Below, piece by piece: positions 25,801 to 40,800 of a DNA stretch of 64,000 bases (position 1 is its first letter; each line of letters begins with the position of its first letter). The stretch spans positions 39,248,001 through 39,312,000 of the forward strand of contig NC_087251.1 of assembly GCF_037042905.1 (NCBI RefSeq). The letters run 5' to 3'. The notes under the pieces were generated by a model. It saw only the letters and a list, made by a program, of their open reading frames with translations. It did no database searches and had not been told where the DNA came from. The stretch comes from Lytechinus pictus. Its lineage: Eukaryota. A program made the translations under genes and the position numbers.

Positions 25801-28800
25801 GCAATTTTTATTGAATTATCCGCATTACTCTTAGGCGGCTAATTGGAGGATGGGTTTATGAAAGGGGTATGAAATGCCTCAATGTTTATTGTTTGTAATC
25901 TGCCATGCGTGAACAATTTGCTAAGCTGTTGGTTTCAAATGAGAGATGAGATTCCACTCTTGTTATGAGTATAACATTTATAGTAAAAACTTATTTAATA
26001 ATTGTGAAATTTATCTCTGAAAACGGGTTTCCTTTTTTGTGGGACGCACTGTATATTGGTCCTTAATGTGTTATTACCGATAGTATCATCTATTTATCAG
26101 ATTTAATGACAGAATAATTAGTTGAAAGTAATTTACCCTGACAAAGTGAGTCTTGACAAAAAGTCTTAGCATCGGAACAGTTCTTTCCTTGGTGACTCTC
26201 TGGGCATGCGCAGAAGTAATCCCCGAAGAGATTAAAGCAATTTGCTCCGTGTTTACAAGGATTCGGGTTGCAAAGGTCTACGTCATACTAAAAAATAAAA
26301 TCAAATGTACAGTTCAAAATCGTTATAGTATTGTGTATATGAAATGGGAAAGGATAAAACACCAGGCCCTACTCTACAACAACATGAAGAATGTATGGTA
26401 ACAATAATACTATTTGCTAATGTATAGAATTACAGGATTGTTGATAGCTCATTATCTGGGGGTAATCTTCTCGAGCTCAAACACAAAAAATCATGCTTCT
26501 AATTTTTATCTAGTTTTTCAAGTAAAGTAATCTTATAAGATTACCTCCTTTTTAAATATATCAATAGTTTATTTTACAAAAGAAGAGTGGAATAAATGGT
26601 ATAGATCTTAACACCCATTATCATCTTTTTTTTAATAACAATGTTCAATCTGTTCATAATTCCAGAGGAATGTTTAATGAAACAAAGATTGGGTGATTTT
26701 CACTGACTAATTTGCTCTGAGCCAATCAGATGCAAGGATTTCGGTAGCTTAAAACAATAGTAGGTGAAAATCACTGAATATTTGTATTTTGAATGGTTAG
26801 TAAAAACTGATTATGAAAAGTACATAACCCTTTATATGTAGATCTCTCAGCCCTTTCCTTGCCCTTCTTCCTTTCTCGTATTGTGTATTTGTAGAGTGTT
26901 TGTGTTACAGGCATATCCTGTCACAAGCCTTTGCTTTCAGGTAACTACGCCTTCTTCCTAAATCAAATACGCTGTTTATTTATACTCTGTTAATTATGAC
27001 TAATAATTTTGTATGATTTATACCGAAAAATTATATTTTGTGAAAATGGAAGAAAATGTATGTTTATTTAAATGAATGAATGAATATACCTGGCAGCGAG
27101 TTCCCGAGAATCCTGGCATGCACTCACACTGGTACCCATTGACGAGATCCGTACACGTCCCTCCATGAAGGCAAGGATTACTGATGCACTCATCCACGTT
27201 CGTCTCGCATTCAGTGCCAGTGAAACCGGGTCGACACACGCAGATAAATGAGTTGATTAGGTCCTTGTAGATTAATGGATGAAAGTAGGGAAGTTGTCTT
27301 GTTTAGGATAATAGGGACATTGTTTCTATGTTAAGTACTCATGTTACCCTGTCCATATGAAGTAGTTTACTAAAATGATATGATCGATCAAATGGTCGTT
27401 ACTTTGTACTTTGGGTAAAGATTAGGGATACATAATATGAAAATCTAGGAGAAAATAAAGTGCCGCCAATAAATGATTGAGGGACCCTCTCCTCGTTTAT
27501 CTACAATTGCCACTTTGTACTCGGGTGTGGTAAATGACTACCTAATAGGAGATCCCTGAATACTCGAGCGCCCAATTGGGGTAGCGTGCTATAAACCAGG
27601 GTAATAGTATACAGCGCTTACAAACATTATAAGCGTATTAAGCACTATATAAATGCGGCATATTATCAGTATTTTATCATAACTAATAATCGATTCCATT
27701 CAAAATCAGCTCTAACATGGTGTGGGTATACACTTACCATGCATGTTGCACCATTAAAACAATGTCCAACACAGTCGTTAGCATCTGTAATGATAATATT
27801 TTGCATAAGTATATCACATATAGCAATGAATTTTTAAGGACAAAACATGACAAAAATGTCGCGTTGATACATATAAAGATACAACAGACTGGAGCATCTT
27901 ATTTTCATATCTTTTTCTCTGAAATTCGTTTGCATTTTAAGTTGTTGAAAAGCATAAAAGCCTACATGGCATATCACTTTTCTTGGAATATTTCAGAAGT
28001 AAATGCCAAATGTATCGACTCTAGGAATAGCAAGAATGTAGGGATGGCATAGTGGATTAGTTAATCCTTTTAGCATTCAAATGTACATAACTGATTTTTC
28101 TCGTCTTGAAATGTTAGTGATGGGTGGAAGCGTGTGTCTGATAAAAAATGGAATCATTTATTTGACCATTTCATCTCAGTGAACCGAAAAGAAATGCGAT
28201 TGGCCATCATTAGGCAATTCATATCCGACATTTTTACACCCTGACTATAAGTCAAGTCATCACCTTAAGGGGCTCTGTTTTATAAAACCCGTTCTCAATG
28301 TCAAGTAAAAAGCTATTATTATCAGGTACACAAATGACTTCCTTTTATCGACGAAATCGTATACCGTATTAAAGGAAACCCTTAAATGAAAATAATCATG
28401 CAAATCGATTCATTCCGTAACTAAAGGTAATTGGAAAAAGAGTATTATGTAAAAATAAATCTCATTTTCTTGGACCCACACTTTGGAATTGAAATTCATG
28501 CATACACAGGACCAATCGACCCCCCCCCCCTCCCGATGATTTTTCAATTAGTGAAACAAAGGGGAAAGTAAGGGAAAAAAAGGGAAGAGGAAAGAAAATC
28601 ATGATTTGGTTGTGCAATTTTATACTCCTGTAATTAAATCGATATTTCTAGTCGTCTTGCCCGCCCCCTGTCAAAATACACTGGCACCACCTCTGTGCAT
28701 TATATACTTACTGACATCACAGTTTCTGCCCGTCCAACCGGGTTGGCAGTCACACAAATAGTCACCAAGCCGATTCCTACACCGGAAGGCATGAACACAA

Positions 28801-31800
28801 GGCTGTCCTGTACATTCATTTGAATCTGTTCAGTTGCGAGACAAAACAACACACAATTGTATAGAACACCATGTAAAGTTCCGTATTAAAGGACAAGTCC
28901 ACCCCAACAAAAAGTTGATTCAATTAAAAAGAGAAAAATCCAACGAGCATAACACTGAACATTTCATCAAAATCGGATGTAAAATAAAAAAGTTATGAAA
29001 TTTTTAAGTTTCGCTTAATTTCACATAATAGTTATATGCACACCCTGGTCGGTATGCAAATGAGGGAACTGGTGACATCACTGACTCACTTTTTCTTTTG
29101 GATTTTATTATTTAAAATATGAAATATTATAATTTTCTCCTCATTGTCCTGTGAAACAAAGTTTTATTTCTCACTGAACATGTGGAGTTACCATTGCTTA
29201 ACGTTATATGGTTCAGTCAAGTTGGTCCTTATTGTCAAATCTGTAAAAATTGAAATATTGTACAATTCAAACAATAAAAAACAAAAGAAATATTGAGTTA
29301 GGGACATCACCGATTCTCTCATACGCATGTGGGTAAATTGTGCATATAACTATTTTGTGAAAAATAAGCGAAATTTCTAAATGTCATAACTTTCTTATTT
29401 TACATCCGATTTTGATGAAATTTTCAGCATTATGCTTGTCTGATTTTTTTTCTGTTGATTCAAAACAACTTTTTTTTCTGTGGTGGACTTGACCTTTAAG
29501 GAATTGATACTATGTATGGGATAACTTGCATCAAATTCTAGATATTTTTTAACAAAAATAATTCACTTCATCTTAAAAATAAGTCCATGTCAAGTAAATT
29601 CAATAGAAATCTGGAAGTAGTGGGGCAAACCAATATTTAATTGGTTGCATTGGGTACTGAAAGCCGTACAGTTAAGAGAAACATTTAAGAAATGAAATAG
29701 AAAAAGATGTTTTTGGGAAATCTCTACTCCTTCACTAAGTCCTAGTTATACATAGGATAGCATAATTGGTATCGACTAAATGCTTCAGTCGCACCCATGA
29801 GACAGACCAAAACCGACCGATATCATGCCATTGGGAATAGTGTAATAGCATCGGTCCGTCTGGGCCCCGTCTTACAAAAAGTTGTGATTGATCTGATCAA
29901 TCGCAACTATGGAAAGCCAGCAAAGTCAACATATAAAATGCAAGTTTGTTCAAAAAAAAATCTAGATATGAATGTATATCCATAACGTCACTGATTCTTG
30001 ACATTTTGGTGTGTTTTCCTTTGTTTACATAGGACATTTTGCAAATTTCCTGTAGAAAAAAATTATCCATCAATTATGATGGATTTCCATAGAGTTACGA
30101 TTGATTGGATCAATCGTGACTCTTTGTAAGACGGGGCCCTGGAGTCGGTTTAACCAGTGTGACTGTAGCATGAAAAGTAAACTTACCGTACTGGCAGACA
30201 GGGCCTTGCCACTGTGACGTACAATGGCATTCATATCCATCTAGCAGGTCAGAGCATGAACCACCATTCAAACAAGGAGAATGAACACAGTCGTCAATAT
30301 CTGCAAAATCGTAAGAATGAATATTGAAAAGTCAATAAGCAAGAGAGTGTCTATGAAATCTAAAATGGGAGACGGGCGTTAGTTTATTAATAAACTATTC
30401 GCACAATGAATTAATGTTGAGGGAACGTTATGGCGAAATGTCTTTTTAATTTTTTTTTTTTTTTTGGGGGGGGTAAATCCTATTAAATTAATCATTAAAT
30501 TATTCATCGATCAATTATTTTTTTCACTACGGATAGCCAACTTTGAAACAAATTTGTAACTACGGTTCATTTTCTATTCATTAGCCCATCTCTCGATTTG
30601 GTCATTCATAAGTGTCTGGGGGCATGAACTGAATCACTTTTTCTTCGCGGTTGTAGCACATTACGTAACAGTGTGAAAATAAAAAACATATTATTGACAA
30701 CATTTTTTAAATTTTTGGCTTCTAATATAATTTTAGCACACAGTTAGACCATGGCCTATTGACTGGATTTTAGAATACCACCCAGGATGTTTACTTACTG
30801 GTATTGCAATCTTCTCCTGTCCATCCAGAAGTACAATCGCAGATGAACGCTTCTCCGACTTCGCTACATGTCCCTCCATTCATGCACGGATTCGAATGAC
30901 ACACTCCCTGTGCTATAACAACAAATTATTTCAGAACATCTGGGTCCCGCTTTTCAAAGACTTGATATAATAAGAAATGCACAATTTCTATAACAAGATT
31001 ACTATCAGCCAATCAAATTGAACCATTTTAGTCGCTTTAAACTATATTATTGCGAAGTTGTTAATATGACAAGTTTTATGAAATGCGCCTCTTTTAATGG
31101 TCTGACTCCTTTGTCTAAAGTGACTATCGCTTTTATTATTTGTTTCACAATTTTCTTTCAATCTTCGGCTCATGCATATCAAAGAATATACAATATAAAA
31201 GTGAAAATGCCCAACTGTATGGATACGATAACATGTTTAAAAGCCATCGGTTTTTACAAAGTGTATTACAAATAAAGGGGACTTTTAACTAAAATAAAAG
31301 AATACATTCATAATAACATAAGTGGATTTAAATTCGATGAACACATTGGTACTCGCTTTCAAAATACACATCTTATTAGAGCCACAGTTTTCTATAAATA
31401 ACAACGTTCCAAAATGCACAACAGAATTTTTAAAAATCATTTTGGGATGACTTGAAATAAAATAGTTTGGTATTACTGTATACATACACAATTCGCAGTC
31501 TCCACCTCCGAACCCATCCGGGCATCTACAGGCATATCCATTGGCTCTTATATTGATACATATACCATTGTTTTGACATGGAGTATGACTGCCACAAAAG
31601 TCCAAATCTATATCATGGTATCAAATGAGAAAAAATAAGGAAAATGCAAAGCAAAGTTCTTACTTACTCAAGCAATTTTAATATTTTTTTTTTATGTTTT
31701 TGGTAAACAATACACTAGAGGACTGGACGTCCTTACTGGATCAAAGTCAAAAGGTTGATGTTGTCTACCTAGACTTGAAAGGCCTTTGACAGTGTACCAC

Positions 31801-34800
31801 ATCAAGGACTTGTGGCAAAACTAGATGCATCCACCATCTAAAGGAGATTCAAAACTTGTATTGCTGATTTTCTCAGTGGCAAAACCCAGAGGGTAGCAGT
31901 AAACAATGCCAGATCTCAGTGGTGCATGGTAAAGAGTAGGGTGTCCCAGGGTAGCGTGCTCGGCCCGACATTGTTTGTGTTGTACATCAACGATCTTCCT
32001 GATGTTACATAATCCACTGTAAGGATCTATGCAGATGACACTAAGGCCTTTTCTTCTGTCTCCACTCCTAATCAATGCAAACTTTTCCAAACAAGTTTGC
32101 ACTCACTGATGGACTGGTCCTCAAAGTTGCAACACCGACAAGAGCAGTGTTTTGCATATTGGATCAGGTGACCAAAGAGCGCACTACAATATCGGGAGTA
32201 CAGAACTAAATAAAGTTAGAGATGAAAAGGATTTAGGGATCAACATTGACGACGATCTAAAATTCCACAAGCAAGTGTCAAATGCTGTCAATAACGCAAA
32301 CAGGGTATTGATCAGCATCAGACGTACTTTCCAGTGTCTTGATTCGACCACTATCCCCAAACTATTTAAAGGGTTAGTGTGGCCACTCCTGGAATTTGGA
32401 AATGTCATCTGGTCACCACGATACGTTACTGATGCTAAGGCTGTCGAGAGAGTTCAGAAGAGAGCAACAAAATTAATCACCAGGATCAAAAATCTTCCAT
32501 ACAAGGAAAGGCTCAAACACCTGAACTTGCCATCATTGGAGTACAGAAGAGAGAGAACTGACATGATTCAAGTAAGATCACTTATGAAGTCGACAGGCTT
32601 AACCCAAAACACTTTTTTCAACTAGCTGACAGTACTACAAGAGGTCACACGTTCAAGCTTGTATAGCCAATATGCAGAACAAACGTGAGAAAACAAGCTT
32701 TTAGTCACCGAGTAGTCAATGATTGGAACTCTCTCCCAGCTGAGGTAGTTGAAGCTCCCACAGTAGACACCTTCAAAATCAGGCTAGACCGACACTGGAA
32801 AGATGGGCATTATTATGATTCCCACTACTCTTAATTAGATATAAGTCAATTTTCACCTACTTGCCCCACTGCCTCCTTGAAATTATTGAAGCATGAAGGA
32901 AGCTGACAAGAGGATAAACCTGGAAGCTCGACTGCTGAATCAGCATTCTTCCAGTATTTGCGGTAAGGTAAGGTAGCTCGGTTACACTTCGTAATTCCGA
33001 AGGTTCGTAATTCCGAAGGTTCTTTATTCCGACGGTTCGTAATTCCGAAACACGTAAATTGCCTATACCTCGATGTTCGTTAATCCGAAAACGTAAAAGG
33101 GTTCGTTAATCCGAACATTTATGGCGTTATTCCGAAGGTTCGATAATCCGAAAACGAAATAAGGTTCGATGTTCTGAAGGTTCGTCAATCCGAAAACGAA
33201 ATAAGGTTCGTTGTTCCGAAGGTTCATTAATCCGAAAACGAAATAAGGTTCGTTGTTCCGAAGGTTCGTTAGAACGAAAATGAAATAAGGTTCGTTAATC
33301 ATTAGTTTTCGGACTAACGAACCTTCGGAATTGCGGACCTCATTTCATTTTCGGATTAACGAACCTTCGGAATTACGAACCTCACTTCGTTTTCGGACTA
33401 ACGAACCTTCGAAATTACGAACCTTATTTCGTTTTCGGACTAACGAACCTTCGGAATAACGAACCTTCGAAATATCCGAACCTTCGGAATAACGAAGCTT
33501 CGGAATTACGAATGTATGCGAGGTAGCTCGATACAAAATGATATATTAAAAAAATTAATATAAAGTTTTCTTTTAAGATTTCCTACACCTTCCAACGCGT
33601 AAAAGAAAAATTTATATAATTTTGGAGGCGGAATCACAACAGTTATTTCTAATCAATATGCATTAGCAACATCAGTGAACCTATAAGCGGTCATTTTACA
33701 TTCTCATTGAATATCAAATAATAAAAAAACGACAAAGACAGCCGATACAATTATGAGTATACAAAAGGTTGTAAACCAAACCAAGAAAGAAAATACACTC
33801 TAAAAATATTGGGTAAAAATGCTCCATGAGAATAATTAAGTGTCCAACCAACGTTGGGTATTTTTATTTATCCAGTGTGATAACAAAATTGCCCATTCTA
33901 AAGTAATTGCTGTTTATTTTTTAACCTTTAATATACTGGACAATTGCTTCCCGCATTGGGTAAAATACTGCCCCCAAATTGATTGGACACATAATTACCC
34001 TCGCTCTGGTTAATATTTTACCCAATATTTTTGCAGTGTACATGATGATGCATAATATATTTGATATTCGTGCTGAATCTCATTAGGAAGCCTAACCCAA
34101 GATTCACGGCACGTGCAATTAATTATCAACGCGTGTGGGCAAGGGCGGATGATAAGATATCGATTAACACAAGTGTATTTATTCATTTATGGGGTGTTTC
34201 TCACATAAAAATTCGCTTTCAATACAAATTGATTAACTTGGCAGGCTGAAAACTAACGCTTTCAAATATGTAGGTCTACTGCCGAGAATAAAATCTAAGG
34301 CAATATAAGTTTTCAAAGAAGACCCTTGTGATGTTTTGCCTCTCGACCTTTTGACAAAACAATTTTATCAAGTGGTCTAACCTCAATATATTCCTTATCA
34401 CTATTTTATTTTCAATTTCTTGTTCATAAGCCTACCCTTATTTCAGCAAAGGCACAGCGGTGGTTGAAAATGAAAAGAGTGCAGATTTTATTAACCCAAA
34501 GTTGCTGGTGCATATGGCTTAAGTTTATTTCTGATAAATTTCAAACGAGTTTGACAATGAAACAAACTCAAGAACTCATCTAATAATTCATTTGTAACTC
34601 TAGTTTCGTGTATTTTTAGACACATATTTAGGGTTTCAGCATTGGGAATATGGAATATGAAAGTTAATACTCGTCACTATAACAAATGACGGCGATTTCT
34701 AAGGTGGACAAAACATTAACGTTGTGGATGTCATCATATTCTCAATTCCCAAGTCCATGATATTTGATATAATGTTCGATGACCTGAGTGAACATACATT

Positions 34801-37800
34801 ACATCTAAAAACTATGAAGTCACTGACAAAATGATGCACTGTTTAACCCACACGTCTTCTCTGTCATGATATAGTTCGGTTCATTTGAAAGTTTCCTTAC
34901 TTAAAGACATGTTCGTGGTATTATGGGTTTCCAACAGTTAAGCGTCGGTACCAAAGCAATATTAGATAACGATAACATTACTATTTAGGGAGAATCGATG
35001 ATTTGTATGTTGATTCTAAATTTGACATCTGCATCATTACATCACTGAAGATTTACAATAGTATAATAAAATAACTCATACATTCCCGTTCGTTTTGGTA
35101 CCAGACGGTCAGTGATTTCTGGTGAAGAATACTTTAAACTGTATGTTTTCTTGCTTGGAAATAATCTTTCCTCATGATGAGGAACATGTTAATCAAGTCT
35201 TTATCCTGTGAAAACCATTGCATTAGGTTTCATTCCAAAGTATTTGACGAATGCCTTTAATTGAGCCTATATCGTGTCAGCTGTATTTTCTCAATCAATA
35301 CGAAGCGAACTAATTACCAAGAAGTGATGTCAGCGGTACATATGACGATCTCATTCGATATCAATTTGACTTCTTCCGTGTTTAAAACAGCTTCTACGAG
35401 ATGGGATAACACTTTAACGATGGATATTTTGTATATTCACGAAAAATATTAACTTTATTCAATTTATTCATGTTTCTTCATGTTTTTCTTACTTTCGCTG
35501 CCCTCCTTTATTTCATTTTTTTTTATTGCATACCTTCTTTCGTTTCTAACTTTCCTTCTTTCTTTTCTCCCTTTTCTTGATTTCTTTCTTTTCTTTTTAT
35601 TTGTTTCTTTCTCTCTCTCCTTCTTTTTCTTTCTTTCTTTTTTTTTCTTTCGTTGTTTCTTTACCCATCATGTCGGTTTTATTTTTTCCCCTCCAAGTGA
35701 TGAATCAAACCTTTAACTCTGTTTTCTTTTCTATCCCTTTCCCTTTTGTTCATTTATTTATTTAGTTCCTTTTTTCAATTCTTTCTCTCTGTGATTGTTC
35801 TTTCTTTCATCCATCCTGTCGATTTTAGTGCTTCTGTTTCTTCCTCCAAGGGATCTATCTAACTTTTAAATGCATTTACCTTCACATCTTCAATTGAAAT
35901 TTCAAAATTAAAATTGGCTGATATTGCTTTTCCTTTCCACATTCTCTTAAGAGCTTAGAGGCATCTTCTGTGATATAAATGTGATATAAATATCGTAAAT
36001 TATTATTAAATAAACTGTTCGCAATACGCTTAGGAACAAACATGAAAAACAAACATTAAATTCCAAGAGCAATAATCAAAATTTAACGAATCGATTAGTA
36101 GAAACTGCGTGCAGGTCAAAGGTTCACAAGGGACATGTCTGCTACATGGAATTATAATCAGATGTGTATTTACATTCTACTCACCTTGATCACAGAGCAA
36201 TCCACCCCACTTGTACTCGCAGTTACACTGCCAAGGCGATACACAACCGCCATGCTTACATCCAGGGTAGGGCATGCATTGATCGCACAGCTCACCTTGC
36301 CAACCATGACGGCACCTGGAACACGTGATCAATACAGATTAGCCAATCACGTATCACGATTTCGACACAACGACGATCAATGTACACTTGAATTTAAACG
36401 TTCGTTATTGCATTACTACTTATTGGGATATTCATGCAGATACCTTTTTTTTTGCTCGGGGTTTTAATAAATCGAAGATATGGAGTAAGGAGCGCTTTAT
36501 CATGCTTTTGAAAGACACATTATTAAAACCAATTAACTAACACTCACATCCATGAAAGAAAAAAAAACACGATTACTAACTGTTAGATCTAACAAACGAT
36601 GTTTATTGAATAAAATATTCAAAAGATTTTAATACTCTACAACGCCTTTTCTAGGTGAATCTATATCTCACACACAGTGCAATTAATAGCAAAATCGAAT
36701 GACGTGAGCTGTACAGGGGAGGGTGGAATCCCTCTCGCTTAGCCTGGCGGAAATCATTTGATATCGATGGGATAGCGCCATCACCACTAAACTCAACCAA
36801 ACAACTAACTATCTTCCAAGCGATTAACGACCTTACATTTCTCAAATCTCCTAGAATATAAGACCTTATCTACTGAAAATAATATAAATAAAACCATTAT
36901 AGTGATATGATAAAATAATGTTGATATCCTAGTTTTGTTGCTGTTGTTGATGATATATGTTGTTGTTGATTGGTTTAAACGGCACTCTCATTAAAAAAAA
37001 AACCCGTATGCGCCAATTAATATTATTTTATCATATCACTATAAAGGTTTTATTCTTAGTATTTTTAGTAGATAAGGCCTTATATTTTGGAAGATTTTAG
37101 AAATGTAAGGTCGTTAATTAGATAGAAGATATAAACTTTCATGTCGATATAGTTTGATATAAAAAATGGGTCTTTTTTTTATTATAAACGCTGCATGAAT
37201 TAAGACATCAAATTCGGTTTGGTAATGCATAAATTGATACCGGGATTTAATATATATGTGGCTAGTAGAACTCAGTAAGTCAGTATAATAATGTAAAAGT
37301 CTGTTTTTTCTGGTAAAGTTAAGACGCTTGGTACATTATCGTACTAGTGTTCATAGTTTATAGAGATCAACTGGCTGAAAGAAACCTGCTATAAGTTTAA
37401 AGACATACTAACTAATATATTAAATATATTCAATATAATTTCGATTACTTGCCAACTATAAATCAACAAAAAATAAATGACATAAAACATGCATGATAAC
37501 TATAGGGCATAGCCTCACCACAATATATTCAAATCGATCAGGCCTAAAGGGCACCTCCGTTTACTGAACTGAAATCAATTTTTCGCATTGTAATAGAAAT
37601 GAATTATTTACAATTTCTCTGGATTTCTATGAATTTTCATCTCTTTAACGTGTCGTTGTACTTCAGTCCGAAGAAAATAATAAAAACCTCTAACAGGTAT
37701 TTCTTTTTTTAATTTACAAAGTAAGTATTGCTCATTTTTAATTAACTAGGTTCAATGGGAAAAAAAGAGTTAAACTTCCATTTCCAATCCTCGATGTTAC

Positions 37801-40800
37801 AAATTAATACTTTTCTTTAAGCAAAGTAGAAAACATCAATAATTTAAGACTAACTAATCGTTAATTAAAAAGAAAAGAAATAATAATGAAGGAATGAGGG
37901 AAAGGAGAGTAATGATAACTTTAGAAAGAGAAGAATAAAAACAAGAGGGAAAGGAAGAACAAGAAGAAAAAGGAGAAGGATGTGAAGAAGAAGAAGAAGA
38001 AGGAAGAAAAAGAAACGAAAAAGAAAAGGAAAAATAAGGATGAGAAGAAAAGGAAGATAAAAAAAAAGAAGTATGGAAAAAAGAAGAAGAAGGATGAGAA
38101 CAGAGGAAGCAGAAAAAGCAGTATAAGATAAAGAAGAAACGAAGGAGGAGAAGGAAGGGAAAAGAAGAGAAAAAGAACAAGATAAAAAGGACGAAAACGT
38201 TAAGAAGGAGAAGGAGGAGGAGGAGATAGAAAAAGGGTAAGAAGGAGTAAGGTCATAGAAGAGGAAGATGCTTTGCAACGTTAGACCCAAAAGATAGAGA
38301 AATAATTATTTTTGATAAATGCACCCAATGAATGTATAAGCTGGGATAGATGTACGTTATGTGCCTACCTGCATTCATCCGGAGAATCACAGAAACCGTA
38401 TGTCGCATGACATCCTTTCTTGCAGATTGCTGTACATAAAAATAGAATTAAATTACTTTGAGAGTTATCCATCCATCAGTTGTAAACATTTAAATCATGT
38501 GCTCATACAAGAAGAATTATGTATGACGTATAAAAAATAAGATTATCTAAACATGGTAAATAATTGGTTTATAACGAAAACAACAACATTTAAAAACACA
38601 AACATGGCAAGGTAATTTATCTTGCCATCTCGACTTGAAGGTCTATTTGTATGTTTCCAAGTCGACTTATATATCGACATGGCGAAGGCGAGATACGTTA
38701 TCTTGTCAAATCGCCCCCCCCCCAAAAAAAAAAGGTTGCATGACAAGTGTACTTAAAATTATATGTTGACATGACGAGATACGTCCACCACGTAACTCAT
38801 CGTGTCGATATACAATTGTCTATAAATTAACTTGGGAAGATAACATATCTCGTCATGTCGACATACAACTTGTTATAAGTCTACTTGGGAAAATATCTTG
38901 TGTCACAATGTCTATTATTTATTTTTGTAATATTAATTTCATCTTGTATATTTAATATAGCTGGACCCCTCGGCAGAACAGTTGAGCTGTAATGGCTCAG
39001 CTGAGTAGGGTGATCAGTCCAATGTTATTTTATCATTTATTATATCATGTTGTAACTTTATATGTATTGTTTTTATATTGGTAAATCAAATCAAATCAAG
39101 TCTCCATAATAAGGCTAATATGATAATATATCGATCTCGTCATGTCGACATACAACTTTTTGTTATAAGTCGACTTGGCAAGATACCTTATGCCACTATG
39201 TCTCCATAATAAGGCTATCAAGTCGACATGGCTGGATGCAATGTCTCTCCATGTGAACTTGATAAGATTATTAAGTCGACAGGGTGAGATATAGAATTTC
39301 TCGCCTTGTCCTCATATGTAGATGACATTCCAAAAATATCGAAGGTATTCACCTATCATACAATGACTTCCGGTCCAACCGGGATCGCACACCCGACCGC
39401 CATCATCATCACACGTGTAATGACCGAGGAGGTCATCGCGAGGCGTACAGTAATTCATACAGGTCGTCCCGTAGAAATCGTCATCGCACTGGAGGCGAAC
39501 GCGGTATAGCACGGTTGCCGTAAGACCATCGTGGCGGAGAGTGACCCACGACGGAGAAGGCACCATTATACTGGAGTGGTACACACGTTCGATCAACTGG
39601 TAGGTCACGTTTCGATCCCCTTGGCCTTCTGCACTCGTTCGAGACGTTGGTGGTGACGAAAGAGTGGTCGGTGGTGACGGCAACAGTACCGGCGATTGCG
39701 TTGTCGATGGTTGCGGTGATGACAACGACGGTGATGTTGACGAAGATCTGGTAGATGATGGTTTCTTTACTGCTTTAGCAACAAAGGTTAAAACACGTTT
39801 TAAGGATACATACCTTGAAAAGAGGTTCAACTTTGCGCCTAAGATTTCTAATAAGAGTAGACCTAATGTGCAAAGGCACACATTATGTACATGATATTGG
39901 TGCAGTTGCTACAATGTCGACCCAAAGGCAGCCAACATGAGCAAGTTTGTAGTAATTTCTTATATATAGATATTAAGTTCAAATGTATATATGTTGAACT
40001 TCGTATCGAATACTCAATCAGACAATCAACCAACCAATTGATATGAATTGATAGTTATCAATGAAAATGGTAACATGGATGACAAATACAAAAGGGGTCT
40101 CCGTCAGGCCTATCAACGAACTACAATGAACAGATATTACGAAATTGGCATGAATAATTATCATTGGACCCATCATGGTTCAATCATGGTTCAACTCTCG
40201 ATCTAATGATGCAGAAATGATATCATTTCGTCATTGTCTTCTGCCTCTTTCGTTTCTTTCTCTCTCTTTAAACTTACTTTTGAAAGCATCTCCGTCAACA
40301 TCCAGTGCTTCGAGTAGCAAAGTGAATGTCGTCTGCAGAGTAAAAGAAATAATATAATCCTTCATCATTGAAGTGAAAAGATCTACGTTGAACAGATATT
40401 ATGAAATAGGATTACAAATTATCGTTGATATTATGCGAGGTGAATACCGATGCTATAGTCATGAGACTCACAAAATAATTTGATTTTATATTCACAATCT
40501 TCAGAATTGTAAGAAGATGTGTAACTCGAAGGAAAGGAAGATGGTTATGATGAAGAAGAAGCAAAAAAAGAATAAAATAAAGGGGGAAAGCAGGAGGAGG
40601 AGAAGGTGATGATGATGAAGAAGGAGAAGAAAATAAGAAGAAGGAGAAAAGGGAGAAGAAGAAGAAGAAGAAGGAGGAGGAGGAGAAAAGGAGGAGAAGA
40701 AGAAGAATGAATAAAAAGAAAAAAAAGAAGAAGAAAAGAAGAAAAAGAAAAAGAAGAAGATGAAAAAGAAGAAGAGGAGGAAGGAGAATGAAAAATGAAG

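Noticed and set aside
32985..33515. CRISPR-like array and ORFs 33063-33302 and 33345-33536
   Set aside because: There are no unique spacers and no cas genes, and the context is a eukaryotic intron. It is an inverted tandem-repeat element, and the ORFs are repeat translations.
37854..38290. Phe/Ser/Leu-rich 'membrane protein' ORFs (also 35480-35765, 40501-40899, 49807-50049)
   Set aside because: These are translations of purine/pyrimidine low-complexity tracts or simple repeats.
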